Of a stretch of 64,000 bases of DNA, positions 8,869 to 18,871 are shown piece by piece; within the stretch, counting starts at the first letter, position 1; each line of letters begins with the position of its first letter. The notes under the pieces were generated by a model. It was not told the DNA's origin. It did no database searches and saw nothing but the letters and a program-made list of their open reading frames with translations. Position numbers and translations under genes: made by a program. This DNA comes from Candidatus Moraniibacteriota bacterium. GTDB lineage: Bacteria; Patescibacteriota; Minisyncoccia; Moranbacterales; UBA1568. The DNA lies in contig JAQTYF010000001.1 of assembly GCA_028688415.1 (NCBI GenBank), forward strand, positions 780,020 to 844,019, read 5' to 3'.

Positions 8869-9468
8869 ATGTCTCATATCTACGCCGCTCAAAACTTTAC
8901 ACACCTCCTCGGCCTTCCAGGCCTGAGCGATACCCTTCTTACCAATCACTTCACTCTCTATGAAGGATACGTGAACAATACGAATATCCTCTTGAAAAAA
9001 ATGAATGCGATACGAGAGGAAAGACTAGGCGGAAATGATGAGAGAAAAGAAGAGTCGGCAGAATTACACAGACGATACTCTTGGGAGTACAACGGTATGA
9101 AATTACACGAATTGTATTTCGAAAATCTTACGAAAGAAAAAACAGTATTAGATCTCGAAAGTGATTTCGGAAAAAAACTCATTGAAAGATTTGGTTCTTA
9201 CGAAACTTTTTTACATAATTTTACAAAGAATGTTGGAATGTTTCGTGGTATCGGCTGGGTCGCTCTTATCGAAAGAGATGGTGGACTTGGAATTATTTGG
9301 ATCAATGAACACAATGAAGGACTCCTGGCAAATTCCAAAATACTCTTGATCATGGATGTCTTCGAACATGCCTATATGACGGATTATGGTATCAAAAGAG
9401 CTGAGTATATCGAGACATTTTTCCGCTCTGTTGATTGGAAAAAAGTAGCAGAACGATTTGGAAATTAA
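8869..9468 (+). CDS. Fe/Mn superoxide dismutase family protein
   Basis: HFTLYEGYV, LHELYF and DVFEHAY motifs. Confidence 0.88.
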   Translation: MSHIYAAQNFTHLLGLPGLSDTLLTNHFTLYEGYVNNTNILLKKMNAIREERLGGNDERKEESAELHRRYSWEYNGMKLHELYFENLTKEKTVLDLESDFGKKLIERFGSYETFLHNFTKNVGMFRGIGWVALIERDGGLGIIWINEHNEGLLANSKILLIMDVFEHAYMTDYGIKRAEYIETFFRSVDWKKVAERFGN

Positions 9469-9481
9469 TCAAAACAAATAT

Positions 9482-12097
9482 ATGACTCTGACTCAAGTAA
9501 AACGACGAGATGGTGCAATAGTCGCATTCGACAGATCACGCATAGAACAAGCAATAGAAAGTGCTTGCGATGCTACAGGGGAGACAGAAAAAGATTTCAT
9601 TCCTGCAATCACCGATGAAATCATTGTTGATATCGTTGCGACATGCGGGGAAGATAGCGAAACACATATTCCTTCAGTAGAAACCATCCAGAACTTTGTC
9701 GAAAAACATTTGATGAGAGAGAGTCGATATGAAATCGCAAAAGCGTATATTTTATATCGAGAGAAACAGAATGAGAAGCGAGAAGAACACAAAGAACAGC
9801 TCATCGAACAATTTGAGAAACATTCGATGAAGGTTATCAAGACAAATGGAAAAAAAGAACTCTTCGATATTAAAAAAATCAAAAAGGTTTTTGATAGAGC
9901 AGCACTCGGCTACGAGAAAGAATGTTCTTTTACCGACCTTATTGAAGCTTTCAAAAAAAATATCGTCGATGAAATCAAGACTTCTGATATCAGTAATCTC
10001 CTTGTCAAAACATGTGTCGATCTCGTGACAATAGAAAACATTGCTTGGCAGAATATTGCTGCACGCATTCTTCTCGGAGATCTCTACAAAAAAGCGAGGC
10101 GGAATCGTAACCTCGAGCAGAAAGATATCTACAGTCCAAAGGCTTTCAAAGATTTGTTCGACGACTACATCAAACGAGGACTGTACTTCAAAGATTTTTA
10201 TGATTACTACTCAGCCGAAGATATTCTCTCTGCCGGAAAACTTCTGTCCTGTGAAACTGATCTGGATTACGAATACACTACCATTGTTTCATTCACGAAA
10301 CGTTATCTCTTGAATCCCAACAAAGAAGTGCGAGAATTGCCTCAGGAAATGTATATGGCAGTAGCGCTCTTCTTGGCTATTCCGGAAAAGAAAGAAGATC
10401 GTCTCGCTTTTGCTTTCAAGATTTATGAACACTGTTCGAAACAACGTATTTCTTTGCCGACACCGACACTTCTCAATGCTCGCACCAACTATCATCAACT
10501 CTCGAGTTGTTTCAAAATAAATATCAATGATGATCTTCGTGATATCTACCATGCTATCGAAAATATGGCTCAGATATCCAAGTTTGGTGGGGGAATAGGT
10601 GTCTATCTCGGAAACATTCGCTCTCGTGGCAGTGCGATCCGCGGTATCATCGGTATGTCTGGTGGTGTCAATCCTTGGATCAAGGTTATTAATGACACAG
10701 CAATTGCTGTCAATCAACTCGGTGCTCGCCTCGGTGCCATCTCTGTCACGCTCGACATCTGGCATCGTGATATCTACGATTTCCTTGATTTACAGACAGA
10801 AACAGGAGATATCCGTTCCAAAGCATTTGATATTTTTCCTTCTGTTTCTATCCCAGATCTCTTTATGAAGAGACTCGAGGCAGATCTCGATATTACACTG
10901 TTTGATCCACATGAAGTAGAAACTTTGTATGGAAAAAGACTTCAAGATACATTCAATGAAGAATTTGAAACATTCTATGAAACTCTCGAGAAAGACGAGA
11001 GACTCACGATGAAAAAAGTTGTAAAAGCGAAGGATGTCTTCAAAAAGTTCTTGAAATCAACCGTTGAAACCGGTATGCCATATGTCTTCTTCCGAGACAC
11101 CGTCAATCGTCTCAACCCAAACAAGCATGTCGGAAATATCTATTCTACTCAACTCTGCACAGAAATTTGTCAGAATACATCAACCACAAAATTTGTCGAG
11201 GAAACCCTCGAAGATGGGAAAATAATCATTCGATACGAGCCAGGAGATCTCGTGGTGTGTAACCTCGCTTCGATCAACATCGCTACTGTATACAAAGAAT
11301 CTGTGATTGCTGACGTTTTCCCTGTTGTGATGCGTGTCCTCGACAACGTCATTACGCTCAATTACTATCCCGTCCAAGAGGCCAAGCGGACTGCGATGAG
11401 ATACCGAAGCGTTGGTCTCGGTTATCTCGGATTAGCAGAGTATCTCGCTGTACGAGAATTGGCCTACGATAGTGAGGAGGCTCGTACAGAAGTCGATCGA
11501 CTTTTCGAACGTTATACCTATTACACTTACCGCTCTTCTGTTGATCTCGCTAAAGAACGTGGATATTATGAACTCTATCCAGGAAGCGAGTATTCCAAAG
11601 GCATCCTCCTTGGTCACAACACCAAATGGTTCGAGACGCATACATCCTTTGCGAATGATTGGAAGAAGCTCTTCTTGGACATGAAGACTTCAGGTGTACG
11701 ATTTGCCTACCATACGGCTCCAGCACCCAATACTTCGACAGCAGGTGTCGTCGGCACCACTGCAGCACTTCTTCCTATCTACAAAAAATTCTTTATTGAG
11801 ACTAATCTCTCTTCACCGACTATTCGTGTTGCCCCCAAACTCTCCAACAAAAACTTCTGGTACTACAAGGAATACATCAATATGAATATGAACGATGTCA
11901 TCGATATGATGTCGGTCATTTATCCTTGGATTGATCAGTCTATCTCGTTTGAATGGATGATTGATCCGTCCAAGGTCAGCCCTGCTCAACTCTTCAGCTA
12001 TTACGTCAAAAGCTGGAAGCAGGGGATCAAGACAGTCTACTACGTACGTAGCCTCTCTGCTGAAATAAAGGATAATTGTGTCAGTTGTAGTGGTTAG
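9482..12097 (+). CDS. nrdA: Class I ribonucleotide reductase alpha subunit with two ATP-cones
   Basis: VKRRDG and VIKTNG cones; PTPTLLNA, LSSCF, LCTEI, YYVR; C-terminal CVSC. Confidence 0.95.
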   Translation: MTLTQVKRRDGAIVAFDRSRIEQAIESACDATGETEKDFIPAITDEIIVDIVATCGEDSETHIPSVETIQNFVEKHLMRESRYEIAKAYILYREKQNEKREEHKEQLIEQFEKHSMKVIKTNGKKELFDIKKIKKVFDRAALGYEKECSFTDLIEAFKKNIVDEIKTSDISNLLVKTCVDLVTIENIAWQNIAARILLGDLYKKARRNRNLEQKDIYSPKAFKDLFDDYIKRGLYFKDFYDYYSAEDILSAGKLLSCETDLDYEYTTIVSFTKRYLLNPNKEVRELPQEMYMAVALFLAIPEKKEDRLAFAFKIYEHCSKQRISLPTPTLLNARTNYHQLSSCFKININDDLRDIYHAIENMAQISKFGGGIGVYLGNIRSRGSAIRGIIGMSGGVNPWIKVINDTAIAVNQLGARLGAISVTLDIWHRDIYDFLDLQTETGDIRSKAFDIFPSVSIPDLFMKRLEADLDITLFDPHEVETLYGKRLQDTFNEEFETFYETLEKDERLTMKKVVKAKDVFKKFLKSTVETGMPYVFFRDTVNRLNPNKHVGNIYSTQLCTEICQNTSTTKFVEETLEDGKIIIRYEPGDLVVCNLASINIATVYKESVIADVFPVVMRVLDNVITLNYYPVQEAKRTAMRYRSVGLGYLGLAEYLAVRELAYDSEEARTEVDRLFERYTYYTYRSSVDLAKERGYYELYPGSEYSKGILLGHNTKWFETHTSFANDWKKLFLDMKTSGVRFAYHTAPAPNTSTAGVVGTTAALLPIYKKFFIETNLSSPTIRVAPKLSNKNFWYYKEYINMNMNDVIDMMSVIYPWIDQSISFEWMIDPSKVSPAQLFSYYVKSWKQGIKTVYYVRSLSAEIKDNCVSCSG

Positions 12098-12151
12098 AAT
12101 CAGTTAACAAAGAGCAGATAACAGATAACAAAAAAGATTGATCAATTATCT

Positions 12152-13195
12152 ATGACTGAAGAAATGAAAAGAAACCTCCTTTTCAATCCAAAAGGGAACG
12201 ATGATGTCGAGAAAAGAACTATCATCAAAGGAGCAACAACGGGATTGTTCAATCTCAACGCAACCAAATACCCTTGGGCCAAATCCCTCTATCAAGTGAT
12301 GATCGGAAACTTCTGGGTACCCGAAAAAGTATCTGGACTCAAAGACGATGCACGAACATTTCATACCGATCTTGGAGAAGAAGAACAGCGGGCATACAAA
12401 GGTATTCTCTCGTTTCTCATCTTTCTCGACTCTCTCCAAACCGTCAATCTCCCTCATTTCTCCGACTATATCACTTCTCCAGAAGTCAATCTCATCCTTT
12501 CTATCCAGGCCTACCAGGAAGCTATTCATTCTCAGTCATATGCAACCATCCTCGAATCCGTCGTCGAGAGCAAGGAACGCGACGAGATCTATTATTTCTG
12601 GCGTACAGACAAGATCCTTCTCGATCGCAACAAATACATTGGGAAAATCTACGAGGATTTTATCAATAAGCCCTCGGACAAAAACTTCTTCCGCGGTGTT
12701 GTTGCCAATTTTCTTCTTGAATCTGTCTATTTCTACAATGGATTTGCATTTTTTGACACACTCGTCGACAGAATGAAAATGCTCGCCACAGGACGGATGA
12801 TTGCTTATATACGCCGTGATGAACTCACTCATATCACCATTTTCGCGAATATTATTCGCGAAATTAAGAAGGAGTTTCCAGAACTTTACGATGAAAAGTT
12901 GATCATCAAAATGATGTCGACGGCAGTCGATCAAGAAATAGAATGGGGGAAACACATTCTCGGCAATCGTATTCCTGGTATAAACAGTGAAACAACCAGG
13001 GACTATACTCACTGGCTCGCGAACAATCGCCTCGCGATGCTCGGTATCGGTCCACTCTATCCGAATGCCGTTTCCAATCCTTACAAACATCTCGATCGAT
13101 TGCAAGATCCAAATGGTGATAAGGGCAATTTCTTTGAGACCACCGTAGTGAATTATACGCAGTCAAGTAGTATGAACGGAAGTTGGGATTTTTAA
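12152..13195 (+). CDS. nrdB: Ribonucleotide reductase beta subunit
   Basis: NFWVPE, DSLQ, EAIHSQSY, ESVYF, DELTH and NFFE...Y motifs. Confidence 0.95.
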   Translation: MTEEMKRNLLFNPKGNDDVEKRTIIKGATTGLFNLNATKYPWAKSLYQVMIGNFWVPEKVSGLKDDARTFHTDLGEEEQRAYKGILSFLIFLDSLQTVNLPHFSDYITSPEVNLILSIQAYQEAIHSQSYATILESVVESKERDEIYYFWRTDKILLDRNKYIGKIYEDFINKPSDKNFFRGVVANFLLESVYFYNGFAFFDTLVDRMKMLATGRMIAYIRRDELTHITIFANIIREIKKEFPELYDEKLIIKMMSTAVDQEIEWGKHILGNRIPGINSETTRDYTHWLANNRLAMLGIGPLYPNAVSNPYKHLDRLQDPNGDKGNFFETTVVNYTQSSSMNGSWDF

Positions 13196-13210
13196 TTCTC
13201 TTTATACACC

Positions 13211-13243
13211 AAAAACTCCTCATTATTTTTTGAGGAGTTTTTT
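13211..13243 (+). terminator. Intrinsic terminator after nrdB
   Basis: AAAAACTCCTCA-loop-TGAGGAGTTTTTT. Confidence 0.75.
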
Positions 13244-13307
13244 GTTTGAGAAAAGAAAAAGTATGATATAATTATGAGAGCTTTCTTTTCAAAAAATAAA
13301 TTTTCGT

Positions 13308-14135
13308 ATGTATAAAAATAAAAACTTTTTTATCGTATTTTTCTTTCTTCTTTTTTCTGTCAGCACCGTTCTCTTTGTTGACCAAGCGACATCTGCAGGA
13401 TTGCAATATACACTGCTTGAAAAAATCCCTGGATTTGCAAGTACTGACGGGAGTGATCTTCCAAAATATATCATTGCTATCTACAATGTTGGTCTTGCTG
13501 TTGTCACACTTTCTGCTGTGCTCATGATTTCGATAGGCGGGTTTATGTATCTCACGAGTGCCGGAAATACTTCCTCGATGGGAACGGCCAAAGGCATCAT
13601 ATTTGATGCTCTTATTGGTCTCGTCATTGCTCTTTCTTCTTGGGTCCTTTTGAATGTCATTAACCCTGATTTAGTCAATGTCTCAATCAATGGTCTTTCT
13701 GCAACGCCTGTCTCACCAGGAGTTGCCAGAGAAATGACGGCACCTTCTGCTATAACAGGAGGTTTGACTGATGCAGAAGCGAGAGCCCAATTATCCAGTG
13801 CGGGAATAAACGTAAATAGTCCGGAACCAACAACAAGTCTTGGTAATATTCCAGCATCCACAATTACTCATATTATCCAGCTGAAAAACACTTCAGGATG
13901 CTCTGATTTCAGAGTTACTGGAGGCACTGAGCCCGGCCACGTTTCACATGGTGCAGGACTACCGATAGTTGACGTAACCAATTCACCATGTTTGAAAAGT
14001 TTTCTTACGAACAAAGGAAACCTTGCTGGTGTGCATATTACAAAAATCTGCGCGATAGCATCAGAACAGGCAGTGGCATTTAATTGTGGCTATAAAGAAC
14101 CTGCACCCCATTTTCACATTGTATTCACCCCCTAA
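13308..14135 (+). CDS. TrbC/VirB2-type CPR pilin with C-terminal M15-like Zn-peptidase domain
   Basis: Pilin signature GGFMYLTSAGN...AKGIIFDALIGL...LLNVINPDL; C-terminal TGGTEPGH..HGAG...D...HFH. Confidence 0.7.
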   Translation: MYKNKNFFIVFFFLLFSVSTVLFVDQATSAGLQYTLLEKIPGFASTDGSDLPKYIIAIYNVGLAVVTLSAVLMISIGGFMYLTSAGNTSSMGTAKGIIFDALIGLVIALSSWVLLNVINPDLVNVSINGLSATPVSPGVAREMTAPSAITGGLTDAEARAQLSSAGINVNSPEPTTSLGNIPASTITHIIQLKNTSGCSDFRVTGGTEPGHVSHGAGLPIVDVTNSPCLKSFLTNKGNLAGVHITKICAIASEQAVAFNCGYKEPAPHFHIVFTP

Positions 14136-14143
14136 ATATTGCT

Positions 14144-15283
14144 ATGAAAAAAGTTTTTTACTTTTCTCTCGGTCTTCTTTTTTTGGTTCTCATTTTTCTG
14201 GGAGCCTATAATTTTGTCTTCAAAAATAACGTCAATGATCCGACTGTTGCTATCGACGGAAAAACTTTGACAAATAAAGAACCATTTACGGAAGAAAAGC
14301 CTCTTTCCATAAGCATTTCTCCTTTTCTCAATGAAGACGTCTCTGATGTCAGTATTTCTTTGGATGGATTTCTCTTCTACTATTCACTTGACGATCAAGC
14401 GCTGAAAAAAGCAACTCTGGAAGGGAAGGATAAAACAGTCCTTCTGAGCAATCTCCCTGGGACACCGACACGTATTCTCTGGTCACCCAAGAAAGACCGC
14501 GTTCTCCTTTTTCTCAAACAATCCACTGGAGAAAGTTTCTGGTATTCTGTCGATATCGCTACCAAAACACTCATCCCTCTCAAGGCAGAGATATCACGCA
14601 TTGCTTGGAATAATCTCGGCGACACCCTCTTGTACCAATACACTGATTTCACTACTGGAAAAAGAACTCTCAATACCGCTCGTCCTGACGGCACCGCCTG
14701 GAAGAAAATAGTGGATGTTAGTCGCGACACATACATCGCCCCTATTCCTCAGAGTGCGAGTATCTCGTTTTGGAGCAGACCAAACGCTTTTGAAGCCACT
14801 TCTTTCGAAAGTGTTGGTATTACTGGGGAGAGCCGAAAAACACTCCTTTCAGAGAAGTTTGGAGCGGATTACCTCTGGTCTCCGAACGGTGAGAAAGTCC
14901 TCGTGAGCACGAGTAGTGAAAAAGGAGGGAAGGGGATGTTCCTAGGCAGTATGAATGCCAATGGTGGAGAATTTCAGAGTCTCGCTACTCCAACTCTGAT
15001 TTCCAAAGTGGTTTGGTCCAAAGACAATAAGACTATCTATTTTGCCTTACCTGGATCGATTCCAGAAAATGCCGTCCTTCCAAACGATTATTTCGAAAAA
15101 TCTCTTCATACGAAAGATACTTTTTGGAAACTTGATATGAGCAATGGAAAGAAAACACGTCTCACAGAACTCAAAGAAGTCGTGCAGAATTTCGATAGCA
15201 CCAACCTCCTTCTTTCTCCAGATGAAAGTACGCTTTTCTTTACCGATCGAGTCACCAAACGCCTCTACCGCATAGAGCTTTAA
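14144..15283 (+). CDS. Membrane-anchored beta-propeller (TolB/PD40-like) protein
   Basis: N-terminal TM helix; repeated WSP/WSK/LSPD blade motifs. Confidence 0.7.
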   Translation: MKKVFYFSLGLLFLVLIFLGAYNFVFKNNVNDPTVAIDGKTLTNKEPFTEEKPLSISISPFLNEDVSDVSISLDGFLFYYSLDDQALKKATLEGKDKTVLLSNLPGTPTRILWSPKKDRVLLFLKQSTGESFWYSVDIATKTLIPLKAEISRIAWNNLGDTLLYQYTDFTTGKRTLNTARPDGTAWKKIVDVSRDTYIAPIPQSASISFWSRPNAFEATSFESVGITGESRKTLLSEKFGADYLWSPNGEKVLVSTSSEKGGKGMFLGSMNANGGEFQSLATPTLISKVVWSKDNKTIYFALPGSIPENAVLPNDYFEKSLHTKDTFWKLDMSNGKKTRLTELKEVVQNFDSTNLLLSPDESTLFFTDRVTKRLYRIEL

Positions 15284-15292
15284 ATACAAGGG

Positions 15293-15477
15293 ATATTTTC
15301 TGTTGCATAAGAAACTTTTTCACAAGAATCTTTCTGGGAGGCTTGAAATTTTTTTCAGCATGGTTCCGACGCTTCGTCGGATGAAAAAAAGTTCACGCAA
15401 AGAGTTTGCCCGCTGGGGCAAATGAATGGCTACCCAGAGAGGTTGCTTGTGAGAAAGTATTTCAAAACAAAAAATAT
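15293..15477. repeat. Structured intergenic inverted-repeat element (MITE-like or ncRNA)
   Basis: Imperfect inverted repeat 15314-15338 vs 15433-15458 enclosing two hairpins. Confidence 0.6.
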
Positions 15478-15484
15478 TTTTATT

Positions 15485-16735
15485 CTATAAAAGGATCTTC
15501 TCTTTCTTTATTAGACTCATACCGAGACCAAAAATAATCCAGAAGATGAATGCAAGATCGGTCTTGAAAAACGGAGTGTCTACAAAACCGAGAACCAGAA
15601 AAAAAGAAAGGAGTGCTACAAAAAGAGCACTTCTTTTTTGTATATCATCAGCGTGATGCACATTTTTTCCAAAAGAAAGCATCTTTTTGATCCAGACAAA
15701 AACAAGAAAAAGAAAGCTAAAAAGACCGATAATTCCTGTTTGAAGCCAAAGCGCCATATACAAGTTATGTGGTTGTGGTACCGCCCATTCAAGATACAAT
15801 GGAAAGTGCGATTGGTAAGAAAGGTACACTTCCTGAAAACGTCCGATACCGATACCAAAGACAGGATTCTCCGCAATAGCTGTTGCTGAAACCTTCCATA
15901 TCATTATTCGTGAAGCAAGTGAGGATCTCTCGTGAAAAGAAGTCAGTGCTTGCCACTTTTCACTGCCTGACTCAAAAAAGAGAAATGTGAAGAGAAAAAA
16001 GAGAAGGAAAAACACTATTTGTTTTTCCTGTGTCGCAGGAGTATTTTGTGTTCTCTTTAAAAAGAAAAAGAGGCCCTCTGCAAGAAGTATACTCATCCAC
16101 ACTGCATATGAATGGGTATGAAAGAGTACGAAGAGTAAAGAGAAAAAAACACCAATCATCATTCTCTTACTCCATTTTTTGTTAACAAAAATCGGGTGAA
16201 AGAAAAAATAGTGCACCAAAAGTATTCCGGGAGCCAGAAAGAAAGCGAGATAGTTTGGGGATGCATACCAGGCAGAAAGACGGTTGTCAAAAGTCATTTC
16301 TCCTTGGAAAAAATATTCGAGAGCAAGCAAAGAAACGGAAGCGATGACACCAAGCCAGAGAAAAAGCATTGTATCAATATGTTTCTTTTCTGGCTTTGTT
16401 TCTGTCCATAGCCACACGAAGAGAGTCGGGACAAGAAACCATGTTTTGATCATTCCGAGTCCTGTCCACGAAAATGGATTTGCAACAAACGAGAGAATGG
16501 CCCCTCCACAAAAAAGCACTATACCAACAAAGAGCGCTTTGCTTTCTGTGGCGTTTCTGAGAGGATAAAATACTTTTTTGATACATCCATACAAATATAT
16601 CATCAAAGCCACTCCTACAGGCATTTCAACGCTGTACAGAGGTATTCCAAAGAGAATTGTTTTGAAATGTGCTATAGGAAGCAAGAGAATGCTTAGAGCG
16701 AGACACGTCTGAATAAAAAACTTTTCTTTGAACAT
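15485..16735 (-). CDS. O-antigen ligase/polymerase (Wzy_C) family membrane protein
   Basis: Polytopic; RLSAWYASPNYLA, GIGIGRF and PHNLY motifs. Confidence 0.85.
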   Translation of the reverse strand: MFKEKFFIQTCLALSILLLPIAHFKTILFGIPLYSVEMPVGVALMIYLYGCIKKVFYPLRNATESKALFVGIVLFCGGAILSFVANPFSWTGLGMIKTWFLVPTLFVWLWTETKPEKKHIDTMLFLWLGVIASVSLLALEYFFQGEMTFDNRLSAWYASPNYLAFFLAPGILLVHYFFFHPIFVNKKWSKRMMIGVFFSLLFVLFHTHSYAVWMSILLAEGLFFFLKRTQNTPATQEKQIVFFLLFFLFTFLFFESGSEKWQALTSFHERSSLASRIMIWKVSATAIAENPVFGIGIGRFQEVYLSYQSHFPLYLEWAVPQPHNLYMALWLQTGIIGLFSFLFLVFVWIKKMLSFGKNVHHADDIQKRSALFVALLSFFLVLGFVDTPFFKTDLAFIFWIIFGLGMSLIKKEKILL

Positions 16736-16778
16736 ATATGAAGTCTCTTCTCTTATTATTAAACTTTAAATGATTTCT

Positions 16779-18065
16779 TTATGTGCTTTCTTGGGTTTTC
16801 TCTTTACTATACACTCCAAGTGCCAAGAAAAAGAGAAGGAGGGGAAGAATATGTACCGAAAAAAGAGGCGTTTCGAAAATGGCATGTGATGAAAAAAGAA
16901 GAAGAGAGGAAAATACTGCCAAAAACAATGTTTCTCCTTTTTTATACCACCTCCTCCAAGCAGAAACAATACCAAGAAAGAGGAGTCCTTCGAAGAAAAA
17001 AAGTCCAGGAAGTCCCAATTCTCCCGCTACATCGAGATAGGTATTATGAGCATAGATTGGTTCTCGGTATGTAGCTGTCGGCTTGACAGTGAGCGGGTAA
17101 TTCCCGAGACCACTCCCAAGAAGAGGATGTTCTCCTACAAAATCAGCAGTCATCTCCCACAAACGAAGCCTTTCTTTGTTTGATGCATCTGTTTGGGAGA
17201 AACTCGAGAAAAGACGTGTGCCAATAGGACTCAATAATACTATTGTACCGAAAAGTAATACAATACTACTTGCAAAGAAAAATGATTTTCTCTTTTTTAT
17301 ATACCGAAAAAGAAAGGGGAAAGAAAATGCACTCAGTCCGACAATGAGTCCGATATATCCGCCTCGCGAAAAAGTGAGTAGATCAGCGATCAGAACGATG
17401 ATTGCTCCTAGCACAAAAAGGTGTCGTATTTTCCCTACTGATTTCTCCGCAACAAACAGAATAAGAAAGAGTGACATTCCGAGAAAAAAAGAAAACATGT
17501 GTGGGTCGGGAAAAAAACCAGTGGCTCGCAAGACCGTTCTTCCAGAGATATTCACAAGAAGACTCGGGTATTCCGCTACTACGGCGCCAAAATTCGGTCC
17601 AAGAAAAAAAGGGAGTACCGACTTCACTAAAAAAGCAAATACTTTTTCGACACCAAAGACAAATTGCATACAAAACAAAATGAGAGAAAGGCTCGCGGAA
17701 AGCAATACTCCGAAAGCAATGTATCTGGCAGCTTTTTCTCGAAACACTTTTTCTTGCAATAAATCAGCAAATACTAAAAAAAGTGGGAAGAAGGAGAGAA
17801 GAAAAAGGATCTTGCGTATTGCCCATTCACTTTTTTCTGCCCAAAATATCGATGCAATAGCCCAGAAGAGGAAAGCAAGAAAAAAGAATAGGGTACTCGG
17901 GCTCGGCAAAGAAATATGTTTTTTCACTAAACCTTGTACACACCAAAAAAGAAAAAGGATGGTGGCGAATATTCGTATTATCGGCAAATCTATCCCATCT
18001 GTTGGATGGAGAGCAAATTGGAACGGAAGGAAGAAAAGGAAGAAAAATGTGAGTTTTTTGAGCAT
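16779..18065 (-). CDS. O-antigen ligase/polymerase (Wzy_C) family membrane protein
   Basis: RATGFFPDPH, TFSRGG, GSGLGNY and AHNTYLDVAGELG motifs. Confidence 0.87.
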   Translation of the reverse strand: MLKKLTFFFLFFLPFQFALHPTDGIDLPIIRIFATILFLFWCVQGLVKKHISLPSPSTLFFFLAFLFWAIASIFWAEKSEWAIRKILFLLSFFPLFLVFADLLQEKVFREKAARYIAFGVLLSASLSLILFCMQFVFGVEKVFAFLVKSVLPFFLGPNFGAVVAEYPSLLVNISGRTVLRATGFFPDPHMFSFFLGMSLFLILFVAEKSVGKIRHLFVLGAIIVLIADLLTFSRGGYIGLIVGLSAFSFPFLFRYIKKRKSFFFASSIVLLFGTIVLLSPIGTRLFSSFSQTDASNKERLRLWEMTADFVGEHPLLGSGLGNYPLTVKPTATYREPIYAHNTYLDVAGELGLPGLFFFEGLLFLGIVSAWRRWYKKGETLFLAVFSSLLLFSSHAIFETPLFSVHILPLLLFFLALGVYSKEKTQEST

Positions 18066-18067
18066 AT

Positions 18068-18871
18068 CTATGATGTTTTGTGCCGAAAAAGAGAGTGCAA
18101 ACAAAAAAGAACGATGTTTTCCCACAAAGGTCGGTGTTTTTTGTAATATTTTTTTTGTGAGATATAAAATTGATTTTTCTGTTTTTCTTTCGAATGAGTG
18201 CTTTTTCCACCAAAATGGAGAAGGGGGAGGTTGGTTTGTCGCGCAACCAAAAATCCTCCTTCACGCACTTTCTTACAAAGATCTACGTCTTCGAAATAAA
18301 GAAAGAATTGTTCATCAAAGCCTTTTCTATAAAAGAAAAGATCTTTTCGAATAAAGAGTCCGCAACCACTCACCCAATCAGGGAAAGAAAGTCCAGATTT
18401 TTGCCACCGATTCTGATGCTTGGGTGTAATATTGTTCCAGAAAAGACGGTGTAATGTCGGTTCATATCCACATCCCCACGGTTCTTCTTGATTTTTTTCA
18501 TCTACAAGCATCATACCAAGAACACCTATATTTTCTTGTTCTATAAAAAGAGTTCGTATCTCGTGGAGAGATTTTTTGATCCAGAGAACATCGGGATTGA
18601 TAAATCCAAGAATATCTCCTTGTGCTTCTTGTGCGCCTCTGTTATTCCCCGCACCGAAACCATTGTTACACTCATTTTCTTTCAGAATGAACGGAAATCG
18701 TTTTTGAAGTTTCTTCAGAGACAACTCTTCTTTTTTGTCATTATTAACAACAATAATTTCAAAAAGGTTTGATTCTTTTTCAAAAGAAAAGATGCTTTCC
18801 AGAGCGGATTTTAGATAGTAAACGCTCTGATAATTGACGAAGATAAGAGAAATAAGCGGTCGGGTATTCAT
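18068..18871 (-). CDS. GT2 glycosyltransferase
   Basis: IFVNYQS, NNGFGAGNN, FINPD and FDEQFFLYFEDVD motifs. Confidence 0.9.
   Translation of the reverse strand: MNTRPLISLIFVNYQSVYYLKSALESIFSFEKESNLFEIIVVNNDKKEELSLKKLQKRFPFILKENECNNGFGAGNNRGAQEAQGDILGFINPDVLWIKKSLHEIRTLFIEQENIGVLGMMLVDEKNQEEPWGCGYEPTLHRLFWNNITPKHQNRWQKSGLSFPDWVSGCGLFIRKDLFFYRKGFDEQFFLYFEDVDLCKKVREGGFLVARQTNLPLLHFGGKSTHSKEKQKNQFYISQKKYYKKHRPLWENIVLFCLHSLFRHKTS

Noticed and set aside
17176-18354. 392-aa Lys/Arg-rich plus-strand ORF
   Set aside because: Antisense shadow of T-rich membrane-protein genes
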